IMG/VR virus record: IMGVR_UViG_3300017989_000061
DNA length: 64,000 nucleotides
Source of the DNA: an uncultured virus (IMG/VR IMGVR_UViG_3300017989_000061)
Lineage: Duplodnaviria > Heunggongvirae > Uroviricota > Caudoviricetes
Reading direction: 5' to 3' (one strand)
In this document: positions 1-8,876 of the stretch, in pieces
Numbering within the stretch: the stretch's first letter is position 1
How the letters are laid out: every line of letters begins with the position of its first letter
Made by a program: the position numbers and the translations under genes
The notes under the pieces: model-generated
Told to the model about the DNA's origin: nothing
The model's database searches: none
The model's input: the letters and a program-made list of their open reading frames with translations, nothing else

Positions 1-647
1 CCAAAGATAAAGGTGTTGCTTGTGTGGATATTGGATTGAACAACCTATGTGCGATAACTTCCGATCAGACAACTCCCATACTGGTCAATGGTCGTATAAT
101 TAAGGCAATCAATCAACAATTCAACAAGTACAGGACTAAGAGAGAGTCTCGCAAACGCTATTTTAGGATTGAAAATTATTTTCATCATGTGAGTAAGTGG
201 TTGATCTCTTGGTGTCAAGAACATAAAATTGGCACGATCATCATTGGCAAGAATGATGGTTGGAAACAAAGAAGCAAGATGCGAAAAAAGAACAACCAGA
301 ACTTCCAATCTGTGCCATTCTTCAAGTTGATACAGAAGATCGAGTATAAGGCAATGCTGGCTGGCATCAAGGTTGTGTTCACTGAAGAAGCCTATACTAG
401 CAAAGCAAGTTTCTTGGATCGTGACACTATTCCTGTTTATGATAAAAAGAACAGTCTTAAGTTTAGCGGTTCGAGAGTGAAGCGTGGTTTGTATCGTTCC
501 AGTGATGGGACATTAGTGAATGCTGACTGTAATGGATCAGCGAATATTGGGAGAAAAGTAATCCAGAACTCTGAGTTTCTTGGACGACTGGATAGGAGCC
601 TTGCCGCAAGGCCAGTACGGATTAATCCATTGAATGTTTCTGCGTAG
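1..647 (+). CDS. tnpB: TnpB-family RNA-guided endonuclease, copy 1 (5' end outside window)
   Basis: RuvC-I VDIGLNNL, EEAYTSKASFLD, RuvC-III NADCNGSANI; near-identical to 10411..11571. Confidence 0.9.
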   Translation, partial: KDKGVACVDIGLNNLCAITSDQTTPILVNGRIIKAINQQFNKYRTKRESRKRYFRIENYFHHVSKWLISWCQEHKIGTIIIGKNDGWKQRSKMRKKNNQNFQSVPFFKLIQKIEYKAMLAGIKVVFTEEAYTSKASFLDRDTIPVYDKKNSLKFSGSRVKRGLYRSSDGTLVNADCNGSANIGRKVIQNSEFLGRLDRSLAARPVRINPLNVSA

Positions 648-730
648 AACGGCAGAGACAGGATTGATTTCGTCAAACTTAAATTTCCTTAGATTTTTAG
701 GAACGGTTTTAATGCTATACACACTGGAAG
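560..730 (+). ncRNA. Putative omega/reRNA scaffold plus guide of TnpB copy 1
   Basis: Similarity to copy 2 continues past the stop codon to ...TTTTAGGAACGGT (707) and then stops; 5' boundary is a guess. Confidence 0.5.
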
Positions 731-1131
731 TAGAATCGTATGGGGAATGGGAGTATGTTGATTCATATTTGACATTATCCGCAGCTATAGAGTTTGGCAA
801 ATCAGACTATTCTCATAATGCTTGGCGTATAGTTCGTGAAGGTTGTGTTGAACACGTTCATGATCCGATTACTGCTTTTATGGAAGAAAGTGAAGAGCAT
901 TTATATAATTGCAAATATGTAAGTGATTGGATTAGAGGGCAACAAGAGCTTCGGGAGTTCAGAGATCAGGAAAGAGAACGAGAAGAGCGTGAAAGGGAAG
1001 CGGCTCTTAATTGGTATCCATTTGAATTAGATGAAGAGAGAACGGGGTTTGAAAATTTTGCACCTGTTTTAGATAATTATTTCTTTGAGGACAAACCTGA
1101 AAAGATTGACTGGACTGTGGAGGGTTTTTAA
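712..1131 (+). CDS. Hypothetical protein with C-terminal DWTVEGF motif
   Basis: ORF 634..1131; ATG at 712 preferred because it lies downstream of the TnpB 3' scaffold. Confidence 0.75.
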   Translation: MLYTLEVESYGEWEYVDSYLTLSAAIEFGKSDYSHNAWRIVREGCVEHVHDPITAFMEESEEHLYNCKYVSDWIRGQQELREFRDQEREREEREREAALNWYPFELDEERTGFENFAPVLDNYFFEDKPEKIDWTVEGF

Positions 1132-1331
1132 TGACTGACAAAGAATTAAATATGCTTTGTGAAGAGCTAGGAAGCAGAAAAGGAATACGTGTTGTTGTTC
1201 AATGTAACACGGACAAAGAAGCGGGTGATCTCCTTCAAAAGTTGAAAGATTTCAATTGGCAAGCTATGCTTCAACAGTCGGCTTTTTGTGACTATGAAGT
1301 GGTTGTGGTGGAAAGAAATGAAAACTCTTGA
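1131..1331 (+). CDS. Hypothetical protein
   Basis: TAATG overlap with the previous gene. Confidence 0.65.
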   Translation: MTDKELNMLCEELGSRKGIRVVVQCNTDKEAGDLLQKLKDFNWQAMLQQSAFCDYEVVVVERNENS

Positions 1332-1530
1332 TCTTCATGGAAAACGTCATCATGAAGTAACTAGGCTTGTTGAAGATTTTATGCTTGAAAATGAATTGCC
1401 GGTAAGGATTGTTACCGGCAATTCATTTTTGATGAAAAAATTAGTTGAAGAATCTCTTCCTGATGATGTTATTTGGCAAAATGAAAGTGATTGGAATTTA
1501 GGCTCCATGATAGTTCTAATTAAGACTTGA
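1318..1530 (+). CDS. Stand-alone Smr-domain protein
   Basis: MKTLDLHG and IVTGNS Smr motifs. Confidence 0.75.
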   Translation: MKTLDLHGKRHHEVTRLVEDFMLENELPVRIVTGNSFLMKKLVEESLPDDVIWQNESDWNLGSMIVLIKT

Positions 1531-1593
1531 CACAGATTCAGTTTTTAGTCATAAATGTCATCGTTGACGTTAAGTCTTAAAAGGAATTTGGTC

Positions 1594-2184
1594 ATGCAAG
1601 AGATGTTCATATTTGGATCGTTTTGGTTTTGGACTATTGTCGCTGTTGAAACAGTATTGCTGTTCCTTTTCATTGAGAAAAAGAATGGCACCGGAGCGAC
1701 AATATCCATGCTTATTTTTGCTGCTATCATCCAGTTCTTTGGTGATGTTGATATTATAGGGTTTACTACTGAACACCCTGTTAGAGCAGCATTGGGCATT
1801 CTTGCTTATTTTGCACTAGGTACACTCACAGCCGTCGCTAAATGGCTTTTGTATGCTAAAGACCATATCGAACATGTGAATGAAGTTCGAGATGAATGGC
1901 TGAAATCTCAGGGTTATGGTTGGCCTCTTGTTAGTGATGATCAAAAAAGTCAGTGGAAATCTCATAAGCTAAACCACGGGCTGCAAAAGCCACTAATCCG
2001 ACAGCATAAATCTGACTTTATTCGTTGGATGACTTTTTGGTGGATTATACTTGTTTGGTCAATTTTCGCAGACGGCGTAAAACGTATCTGTAAATCGATT
2101 TACAAAAGAATCTCTAAGTTCTTGCAGAAGATGGTCGATGATATGTGGAGAAAAGCCGGGTATGATCCTGATGATGAAGATTAA
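1594..2184 (+). CDS. Hypothetical membrane protein
   Basis: Several hydrophobic segments; start uncertain (1555/1594/1603). Confidence 0.75.
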   Translation: MQEMFIFGSFWFWTIVAVETVLLFLFIEKKNGTGATISMLIFAAIIQFFGDVDIIGFTTEHPVRAALGILAYFALGTLTAVAKWLLYAKDHIEHVNEVRDEWLKSQGYGWPLVSDDQKSQWKSHKLNHGLQKPLIRQHKSDFIRWMTFWWIILVWSIFADGVKRICKSIYKRISKFLQKMVDDMWRKAGYDPDDED

Positions 2185-2190
2185 CTAGAA

Positions 2191-2288
2191 TAGGAGAGAG
2201 CCGCTCCCAAGGATAAGGGAGCGGGCCATGGATGGCGGTCATGGATGACACCCACTGGAGGTGGGGTGCCGCATGGAGGCGGCTTTTC
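2191..2288 (+). ncRNA. CsrB/RsmZ-like CsrA-binding small RNA (five GGA-loop hairpins)
   Basis: CCGCTCCC-AAGGATAA-GGGAGCGG, GCCA-TGGA-TGGC, GTCA-TGGA-TGAC, CCCAC-TGGAG-GTGGG, GCCGC-ATGGAG-GCGGC followed by TTTT; GC-rich island in AT-rich DNA. Confidence 0.75.
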
Positions 2289-2333
2289 ATTGGGAACTCA
2301 TATATAGCATGTTCCCAATTTGTAGGAGAAAGA

Positions 2334-2717
2334 ATGGAGGAATATACAATTGCGAGAAGGAACTCTCTCAGAGCCTCTGTTAAAAAAGCCATAGAAGAAT
2401 ATCATGAAGCTATGAATAGAAGGGATTGGCATCAATGCTTGTTGATGACTTGTCCCAGTAAGCTTCACAAAATCAATGAATATGACTTCCAGTCAGGGTT
2501 ATCCCTCTATATGGATTTCTACGGCTTCATTAAGCCTGATAACTTTCTTATTTCTTTGGTTTTGGGCAAAGAGCATCTTTTGTACAATCGAAAAGATTAT
2601 GCTCAAATTCTTTACAGTAGAATTACTGAAAAACGGATTATCAAAGTCAATGAAGCTTGGGTTTTGTGGGATGGAGAATGGAAGAGCACAATAACTCGTT
2701 TCCCCAAACCGAAGTAG
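2334..2717 (+). CDS. Hypothetical protein
   Basis: ATG 2334 with AGGAG SD; the longer start at 2232 would run through the sRNA. Confidence 0.7.
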   Translation: MEEYTIARRNSLRASVKKAIEEYHEAMNRRDWHQCLLMTCPSKLHKINEYDFQSGLSLYMDFYGFIKPDNFLISLVLGKEHLLYNRKDYAQILYSRITEKRIIKVNEAWVLWDGEWKSTITRFPKPK

Positions 2718-2899
2718 ATTTTGACAAAGATGCATATTTGGCCATTCTTGAAATGAATTGGTACATGAAGCATCACCCCGAGCAACTGAGCCATCTTTTC
2801 TTTGATGATGAAGAACATCATCTTTTTTGCGAAAATAACCGAACTAAACCTGATCTTCTGTGTCCATTGGACGTTGTTTGGAAAAAAGAGGGCTTTTGA
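2678..2899 (+). CDS. Small hypothetical protein with C-terminal VWKKEGF motif
   Basis: GGAG SD before ATG 2678; shares its C-terminal motif with 712..1131. Confidence 0.6.
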   Translation: MEEHNNSFPQTEVDFDKDAYLAILEMNWYMKHHPEQLSHLFFDDEEHHLFCENNRTKPDLLCPLDVVWKKEGF

Positions 2900-3016
2900 T
2901 TTTTTGGCAACTCATATATACTTGCGAGAGTAACAAGAAATGGCCCGAAACATCTTTCCAAGAGAAAGAGAGGAGTGTGGAATGGGTTTCACTTAGACTT
3001 TAAAGGAGGACCAATT

Positions 3017-3628
3017 ATGTCAATCATGACAAAACAAAGGTGTTTGGTGCTGAACAAGAGCTGGACACCAATTAAGACAATCCCATTGAGAAGAGCTGTT
3101 ATCATGCTTTTCTCAGAGCACAATGATGGAACGCCAAAAGCACGAGTCATTGAGCCAGAGAGCTACCAAGCTTTCACATGGGAAGATTGGTCCAAAATGA
3201 AACCGTTGGCCACAGATGAGGCGATTCAGGCTGCGAACATAAGGTTCAAAGTGCCTGAAATCATCTTGCTGTCTCGTTATAACAAGTTGCCAAAGCCGAA
3301 GGTTCACTTCAGCAGACGCAACCTTTACAAGCGAGACGAAATGACTTGTCAGTATTGTGGTAAGCAGCCGGGTTCAGCAGAGTTGAACATTGACCATGTT
3401 ATTCCACGTGCACAAGGTGGTCAGTCCAGTTGGGAAAACTGTGTTTTGAGCTGCATTCCATGTAACTCAAAAAAGGCTAACCGTCAGCCACATGAATGTG
3501 GAATGAAGCTTCTCAAGACACCTAAGAAGCCAAAAATGGACATGTTTAAGCTCGATGAACTAAGTGATATTCCAGATAGTTGGAACGCATTTATTTCGGA
3601 GGCTTATTGGAATACCGAGATGAAGTAG
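3017..3628 (+). CDS. HNH endonuclease (McrA-like)
   Basis: CLVLN, FSRRNLYKRD..CQYCG, IDHVIP..GG, W.N.V.SC..CN..K; AAGGAGG SD. Confidence 0.9.
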   Translation: MSIMTKQRCLVLNKSWTPIKTIPLRRAVIMLFSEHNDGTPKARVIEPESYQAFTWEDWSKMKPLATDEAIQAANIRFKVPEIILLSRYNKLPKPKVHFSRRNLYKRDEMTCQYCGKQPGSAELNIDHVIPRAQGGQSSWENCVLSCIPCNSKKANRQPHECGMKLLKTPKKPKMDMFKLDELSDIPDSWNAFISEAYWNTEMK

Positions 3629-3653
3629 AAACATCTTTGATGTTTCAAGATTC

Positions 3654-3694
3654 AAGACCTGTAGGGGACAACCTCTACAGGTCTTTTCTTTTTT
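3654..3694 (+). terminator. Rho-independent terminator
   Basis: AAGACCTGTAGGGG/CCTCTACAGGTCTT stem followed by a T-tract. Confidence 0.85.
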
Positions 3695-3850
3695 GGCTAA
3701 TTGCTGTTGACTCTTGTTTAAAGTTCGTTAAACTGCTTTGAGTCTTTGGGCTGACAAAAGTGGCGTGGGATCACTTGTTGGGTCTTAGATTAACTGCTTA
3801 AAAAAACTTTATTTATGCCACGATGGATGGTTTAAAGAAAGGGAATTCTA

Positions 3851-6130
3851 ATGTCTGATATTACACGCACTTTTACAGATGCTCAACTTGGTCTTCGAGA
3901 GCGACATCGTCGAACAAAGCGAAATCCAATAAATCCTGTTTTGGCTTTTTTTCGAGAACAAGCAGCTAATGCTTCTTCTTGGGGAGCAAAAAACTTTGGA
4001 ATTGTAAGCGCCAAATACAAACGACATTCTTACTTAATTTGTTACCATGATGGAGAAGGGTTTCCTACATCGCAAACAGTGTTCGATTGTTTACATCCTT
4101 CATCTGCTTTTGGCAACAAAGGGTTGATGGGCAATGGAGGTAAGCTGTCTGGAATTTTGCTTGTCAATAAAAATGATAATTATCACATGTGTGTTTATAG
4201 TGCGTGTTTAGATGGCACTCATTGTGCTTTTGATTTGAAAATCAAAGGCCGTAAACCAGTTGTTAAAAATGCAGATAATGTTATCCATGAGTTTTTAACT
4301 CCAGTGCTGAAGGGAGCTAAATTCAAACCATCTGTTATTTACATGCATCGTTTCGATGTTGTTGGTGATGAAAAAGCCCTTCAGACCATTTCAACAATGA
4401 ATAGTTATGGTTTGTTTGCTCCTTCAACTTTATCTAAAGGCATGAAGATTTATTTTGGAAACGGGGTGTTGGTTGATCCCGGTTTCAATTCCATCGATGT
4501 TGCTACAAAGGGAAATAAAAACAAAATATACTCTGATTTGGGTGCCTCTTATAGTTATCAAGACGGAGCAGGTGGAAAATACACGCACGTTGAAGTTGCA
4601 CCTTATTCAGATATAAGAAACAAGTTTTGTCCTGAAAATTACAGGTTTAAATATGGTTTTTCAGGCTGTGATGTTTCTTTGAACGGAGAAAAATTCACTT
4701 TAGAGGGTAATCTTTTTGTAGATGTCTATCCGGGATTGTGCAAAAAACGTCATGACAGTCAGGGGTTGATCCCTTTACAAGGTGCTGGGAAGGCAAGTCA
4801 TCAATATCAGCCAATTGAGGATTCTACATATTTGATTTTGAATTGTTTTGAGGACGAAGCATCAGTTCGTTTGTCTCAAGATCCAGTATTTGTTGGCAAC
4901 ATGAATACTCCATTGGCAACAGAGATGCAATTGCCAATAATTGAATCAATTCCTAAGATCACAAATGACTTGAATGATTTTTCTGGGAAAGGTTTTTTGG
5001 GTTATGACCTTTCATTGAAAGACAAAGAAAAACAAACGAAACTTTATCGCTCTCCATTTATTGTTCTTAAATTTGAAGTAACTAATGTTGTTGCTGACTT
5101 AAGCCGCTCTGAACCTGAACGACGAAATGCTTTGGGCGGAATAGATGAATTGTTCACATCAATTGATAGATCAAAAAGCAGGAAAATCATCAAGGGAATT
5201 GGAATTCATGTTGCTGAAAAACACAATCTTAATTCACTTAAAAAATGTTTGCGAGAAGTGTACCCACTTACTGTTGACAATTTAGCTCCTTTGGATTTTG
5301 AATCTAAAACAGTGGGTTGTAAAGTGGAGTTTATTCCTGAAAAGGGGCCTCGAAAAATTGTAGAGCCTAGTCAAACCTATACTGGAGCTTTGAAGTATGT
5401 CGATAGCGGACTTGATGTTGATGGAAGTGATCAAATTGAGGCACTTAGTGAGGGGTTTGTGTTAAGTTTTATGGGCGATGGTTGCTGGGCTTTGCGTATT
5501 TTGCCTTTGTCTCTTCGATTAAATGATGGTAGCAAACGAGAGGTCTTGGAAGAAGAATGGTTAAAAGCTAATAGGTATGACAGAATTCCACGTCAGCGAA
5601 ATCAGATTAGCATCAATGGTGCCATTTATGAATTTGAACCTAGATTTACTTTACCGAAAGAAAATAATCGAACATACAAGGGTCGTGAAGCTGTAATTAA
5701 AGGTGGGGTTGTTGCAGGTGATGACGAAAAATTCACAATGCATTTCTATAAACCACTGGGAGAAAATCCTGATCGATATATCGAATATCATCCAAAGCAA
5801 GGTGTTTTCTTGAATCAAGATAATCAGACGATTCAAGTTCATTTTCGAAACATTCATGAATCGAAGGCGTGGCGAAAAACATTGTGGGAAGAAATTCGCA
5901 CAGAGTGCCATAAGGCATGGAATACAATTCAACACTTAACTCACAAGTTCTCTGAACGAGGAGATAAAGAGTTGGCTGATAAGTGGGGGAATGATGAAGA
6001 ACATGGTGCTCAAATGTTTCTGATGAACAGAATGATTGAACATGTGTTTAAGAATAAAAGAGCTAAAAATAAAGAAAAGGAGATTCTTGTGGCTATAGCC
6101 CGATATGAGGATGCCCCTGAATTGGTTTAA
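3851..6130 (+). CDS. Large hypothetical protein, possible divergent N-terminal GHKL ATPase
   Basis: 759-aa ORF; REQAANA, HDGEGF and GLMGNGGK resemble Bergerat-fold N, G1 and G2 boxes. Confidence 0.55.
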   Translation: MSDITRTFTDAQLGLRERHRRTKRNPINPVLAFFREQAANASSWGAKNFGIVSAKYKRHSYLICYHDGEGFPTSQTVFDCLHPSSAFGNKGLMGNGGKLSGILLVNKNDNYHMCVYSACLDGTHCAFDLKIKGRKPVVKNADNVIHEFLTPVLKGAKFKPSVIYMHRFDVVGDEKALQTISTMNSYGLFAPSTLSKGMKIYFGNGVLVDPGFNSIDVATKGNKNKIYSDLGASYSYQDGAGGKYTHVEVAPYSDIRNKFCPENYRFKYGFSGCDVSLNGEKFTLEGNLFVDVYPGLCKKRHDSQGLIPLQGAGKASHQYQPIEDSTYLILNCFEDEASVRLSQDPVFVGNMNTPLATEMQLPIIESIPKITNDLNDFSGKGFLGYDLSLKDKEKQTKLYRSPFIVLKFEVTNVVADLSRSEPERRNALGGIDELFTSIDRSKSRKIIKGIGIHVAEKHNLNSLKKCLREVYPLTVDNLAPLDFESKTVGCKVEFIPEKGPRKIVEPSQTYTGALKYVDSGLDVDGSDQIEALSEGFVLSFMGDGCWALRILPLSLRLNDGSKREVLEEEWLKANRYDRIPRQRNQISINGAIYEFEPRFTLPKENNRTYKGREAVIKGGVVAGDDEKFTMHFYKPLGENPDRYIEYHPKQGVFLNQDNQTIQVHFRNIHESKAWRKTLWEEIRTECHKAWNTIQHLTHKFSERGDKELADKWGNDEEHGAQMFLMNRMIEHVFKNKRAKNKEKEILVAIARYEDAPELV

Positions 6131-6136
6131 TAAATA

Positions 6137-6712
6137 TCATTTGTTGCAAACATAAATCTGTCGAGAACCCGCTTCTGGCCCTTCAAGGGCACTTGGGATC
6201 ACATTTACTTCAAATCCTAAGTCTTCTAACAAATTTTCTACGGGCACTTGAAGGTGCTTGAGGTGGGGAGTTTCAATGATCAATTTTTCTTTTGTATGTT
6301 CGGAAAGTTTTTCAATCACAGCCTGAGCATGTCCTTTGAGGTGATGAAGAACATTCAGAATAATCACATAGTCGTAAGTTTCAGGCAGTTCATAGTCGAT
6401 GATGCTTTCCTGCAAAAACACAACTTTGCTCTCAAGCACCTCTTTGAACAATTCTGCACGTTTGATTCTTTGAGGCTTTGTTTCAAGCCCAACTACATGT
6501 GTAGCGCCCAATTTTTCAGCTTCGAAACACAAATATCCATAGGCTGTGCCAATATCCAAAACGCTTTTACCATCAATTCGTTCCGGGAAAATCAAGTCTC
6601 TTGTGGCTGATCGATCCAATCCTTTCGTGTGCATCCCGTGTGGAAGTTCGATTCGACCATATCTTTCAAATTTAAACTGATCAACTATTTTCTTGATATC
6701 TTTTTTTGTCAT
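6137..6712 (-). CDS. Class I SAM-dependent methyltransferase
   Basis: VLDIGTAYG motif I; YDYVIILNVLHH. Confidence 0.85.
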   Translation of the reverse strand: MTKKDIKKIVDQFKFERYGRIELPHGMHTKGLDRSATRDLIFPERIDGKSVLDIGTAYGYLCFEAEKLGATHVVGLETKPQRIKRAELFKEVLESKVVFLQESIIDYELPETYDYVIILNVLHHLKGHAQAVIEKLSEHTKEKLIIETPHLKHLQVPVENLLEDLGFEVNVIPSALEGPEAGSRQIYVCNK

Positions 6713-7244
6713 ATTCAACTCCCAGAAACTGTATCATTTCTTCTTTGGTGATAGCTGGTAAACGATCCTTTTCTGCGTCAAGTAAGATGTAAGGGATTTT
6801 AATGTCTTCCAAGTTTGTAACGCCTCGGTAGTACAGACTTGCCCACTGTTCATCAGTGAAAGTGCGATTGACGGTTACTGGTCTGGCAACATCTTTCCCT
6901 TTTGCCCACAGTTCATGTCGGTGATTTGCTCTTTTCTTTCTGGTTTCTTTTGATGCTACCAAAACAATGGCCTGTTTGTTGATTGGGGAATTCAGGTAAA
7001 ACTCAAAAGAGATGTTGTAGGAAAGACAACAGTGCAAATAAGCGGTGTGGTTGATTACATCGTGTCCATGGTCAACCACATTTTTGTAGTATTCCCCAGC
7101 AGGGTAGACCGGTGGCTTATCGAGAAGACCTGTGATTTCAGCCAATCTTGTGTTTTGTTGAATAAACGTTGTCTTCCCGATGCAGCTTGGAGCAATGATG
7201 AGCCACATGGTTTCATTCATGGTTGTATCTAGTGTTTTTGCCAA
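6681..7244 (-). CDS. P-loop NTPase/kinase-like protein
   Basis: IIAPSCIGKTT Walker A-like motif; start uncertain. Confidence 0.6.
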   Translation of the reverse strand: MAKTLDTTMNETMWLIIAPSCIGKTTFIQQNTRLAEITGLLDKPPVYPAGEYYKNVVDHGHDVINHTAYLHCCLSYNISFEFYLNSPINKQAIVLVASKETRKKRANHRHELWAKGKDVARPVTVNRTFTDEQWASLYYRGVTNLEDIKIPYILLDAEKDRLPAITKEEMIQFLGVEYDKKRYQENS

Positions 7245-7252
7245 ATTGTTTC

Positions 7253-7281
7253 TTTACGATTGTTTTCAACTGCCGTACAAT
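7253..7281 (+). promoter_or_regulatory. Sigma70-like promoter (TTTACG-17-TACAAT)
   Basis: Member of a repeated family with TGnCG before the -10 box. Confidence 0.6.
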
Positions 7282-7317
7282 GCAGTCAGATACAATTCTG
7301 TCCTCTTTGTTCAACGG

Positions 7318-7992
7318 ATGAAATTCATGTACACCGCTCCTGACATTCAGAAAAAAGTTGTTAATCATCTTTCTCGCATGAAAGAAGGCGAGTTGGTAAC
7401 AGTTAAAGCCTGTTGTGAGGAATACAAAGATTTCTCTGAAAAGGAAAGAGAACGAATCAAAGGGACCATAACGGGCGTTCTCAGTACGCTTACCAATGGT
7501 GGCTTTCTGATCCCTGAAAAGCCCGGAAGGAGGTTTAACCGGATCATCTCCAAAGAATTTGTTCTTTTGATAAAAGCGAACAAAGTGTTTTCTTTCTTGG
7601 AGTTGTGGAGTAAGTTGGGTAGCAAGAAGGTTAAGCCTTCTTTCAAGACAAACAAATCCAATACTTTGCAGTCTTATTACCGATTCTATGAAATCGAATA
7701 CCGAGAATGGCTTCAAAGGGTTAACATTGATCAAGATGCTTTGACGAAGAACAGGAGCAATTTGCTGCCGCCAAAAATCAAAGATAAATCAATTCAGGAT
7801 TTGTCAAAAACCGTTGAGGAAGCTCAAAGCACTGAAGAGGTTCAAGAACTTCCAGAAAGTGTTGGAGATATTACAGGGGTGAAAGATTCCTTGACTCAAA
7901 AGCAAGCATCTGTCTTTGATGTCTTCACGGTCGAAGAGCTGAAAGACCTACCAGTGGAACAAAGAGCAAAGATGATTGAGATTCTTGGTTAA
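7318..7992 (+). CDS. Hypothetical protein (possible winged-helix DNA-binding N-terminus)
   Basis: ORF 7180..7992; start placed after the promoter. Confidence 0.65.
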   Translation: MKFMYTAPDIQKKVVNHLSRMKEGELVTVKACCEEYKDFSEKERERIKGTITGVLSTLTNGGFLIPEKPGRRFNRIISKEFVLLIKANKVFSFLELWSKLGSKKVKPSFKTNKSNTLQSYYRFYEIEYREWLQRVNIDQDALTKNRSNLLPPKIKDKSIQDLSKTVEEAQSTEEVQELPESVGDITGVKDSLTQKQASVFDVFTVEELKDLPVEQRAKMIEILG

Positions 7993-8786
7993 AAAGTCTT
8001 GCTGTTTTTACGAAGCATGTACTTTGCCATTGGCGATCTATGAGGGGCATCCTGTGAAGGGACGCCTTTTGTTTTCAAAGAGTTCTTCTCGTTTCGGATG
8101 TGAGCTTTAAGTTGTCCTCTGACTTTATCCGTTAATGTCGGAACTTGAGCGAGCTTTTCTAGTTCGCCAATCAATTCCAATGTTGCTTTTTCAGAGTGCT
8201 GGGGAGCTACATCGACGTATTTTCTTTTAGCAATAATTGCTTTTGCTGCTTGTTGAGAGATCTCTTTTGATTTAGCTTCACTTGGCTCAACAGTCTGAAT
8301 ATCAGGAGCTGCTTTTGTTTTGCCCATTCTTGATATGACTTGTCCTTTTGAGTTCAAGTCGTCTACGTCATAAACGTCTTCGACCCCTTGCTGACGTGTG
8401 ACATCATAGTCTTCGTCTCCAAGGTTTCCATCTTCTGCGCTTTGTGGCTTGCCAACCCAATGGCCTTTGCCAATTTTTGGATCAAGGTGAGTTCCAATAT
8501 CCTGAATGTCACCTCTTTTTACACCCAGTCTTTTTCCTGAGTGCTTCAAGTGATCAGCTCTACGTGATCTTTCCATTCTTTCAGCCGTACCACGAATAAC
8601 TTTGCTTTTTCGTTTCGGCGTAACTCCAACGTATTCTTCTCCATGATCACCACTGTCATAACCCATTTGGTCAGCAGCAAATTCTGCTGAAGCATTAGCT
8701 CGTGCTGCCGCAGCTTCTGCATCTTTTCGTGTATCTCGCCAGTCATCATTTTCGACAAGTTGAAGCATTTCATAGAATGTAAGCAT
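7989..8786 (-). CDS. Hydrophilic hypothetical protein, possible virion internal protein
   Basis: N-terminus MLTFYEMLQLVE resembles the T4 capsid-targeting sequence; upstream CTAAATA motif. Confidence 0.65.
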   Translation of the reverse strand: MLTFYEMLQLVENDDWRDTRKDAEAAAARANASAEFAADQMGYDSGDHGEEYVGVTPKRKSKVIRGTAERMERSRRADHLKHSGKRLGVKRGDIQDIGTHLDPKIGKGHWVGKPQSAEDGNLGDEDYDVTRQQGVEDVYDVDDLNSKGQVISRMGKTKAAPDIQTVEPSEAKSKEISQQAAKAIIAKRKYVDVAPQHSEKATLELIGELEKLAQVPTLTDKVRGQLKAHIRNEKNSLKTKGVPSQDAPHRSPMAKYMLRKNSKTF

Positions 8787-8817
8787 ATTTCAATCCCCTA
8801 TTTCGAGGTATTTAGGA

Positions 8818-8846
8818 TTGAATTCTGCAATTTTTAAGGCTATAAT
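8818..8846 (+). promoter_or_regulatory. Sigma70-like promoter of the release-factor gene (TTGAAT-17-TATAAT)
   Basis: Perfect -10 box, 17-nt spacer, ~30 nt upstream of ATG 8877. Confidence 0.75.
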
Positions 8847-8876
8847 ACACTGTCTTTAAACAAAAGGAGCATTGCT

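Noticed and set aside
648..730. CRISPR array next to the TnpB copies (GGAAC ends)
   Set aside because: Only one such end per locus; no repeat-spacer periodicity was seen anywhere in the window.
2232..2333. N-terminal extension of ORF 2232..2717
   Set aside because: It runs through the GGA-hairpin array; the downstream ATG 2334 has a clear SD.
8854..8859. CTT TAA upstream of the RF start as a third (UAA) frameshift cassette
   Set aside because: No SD and no upstream start codon; it lies at the predicted transcription start, so it should not be translated.
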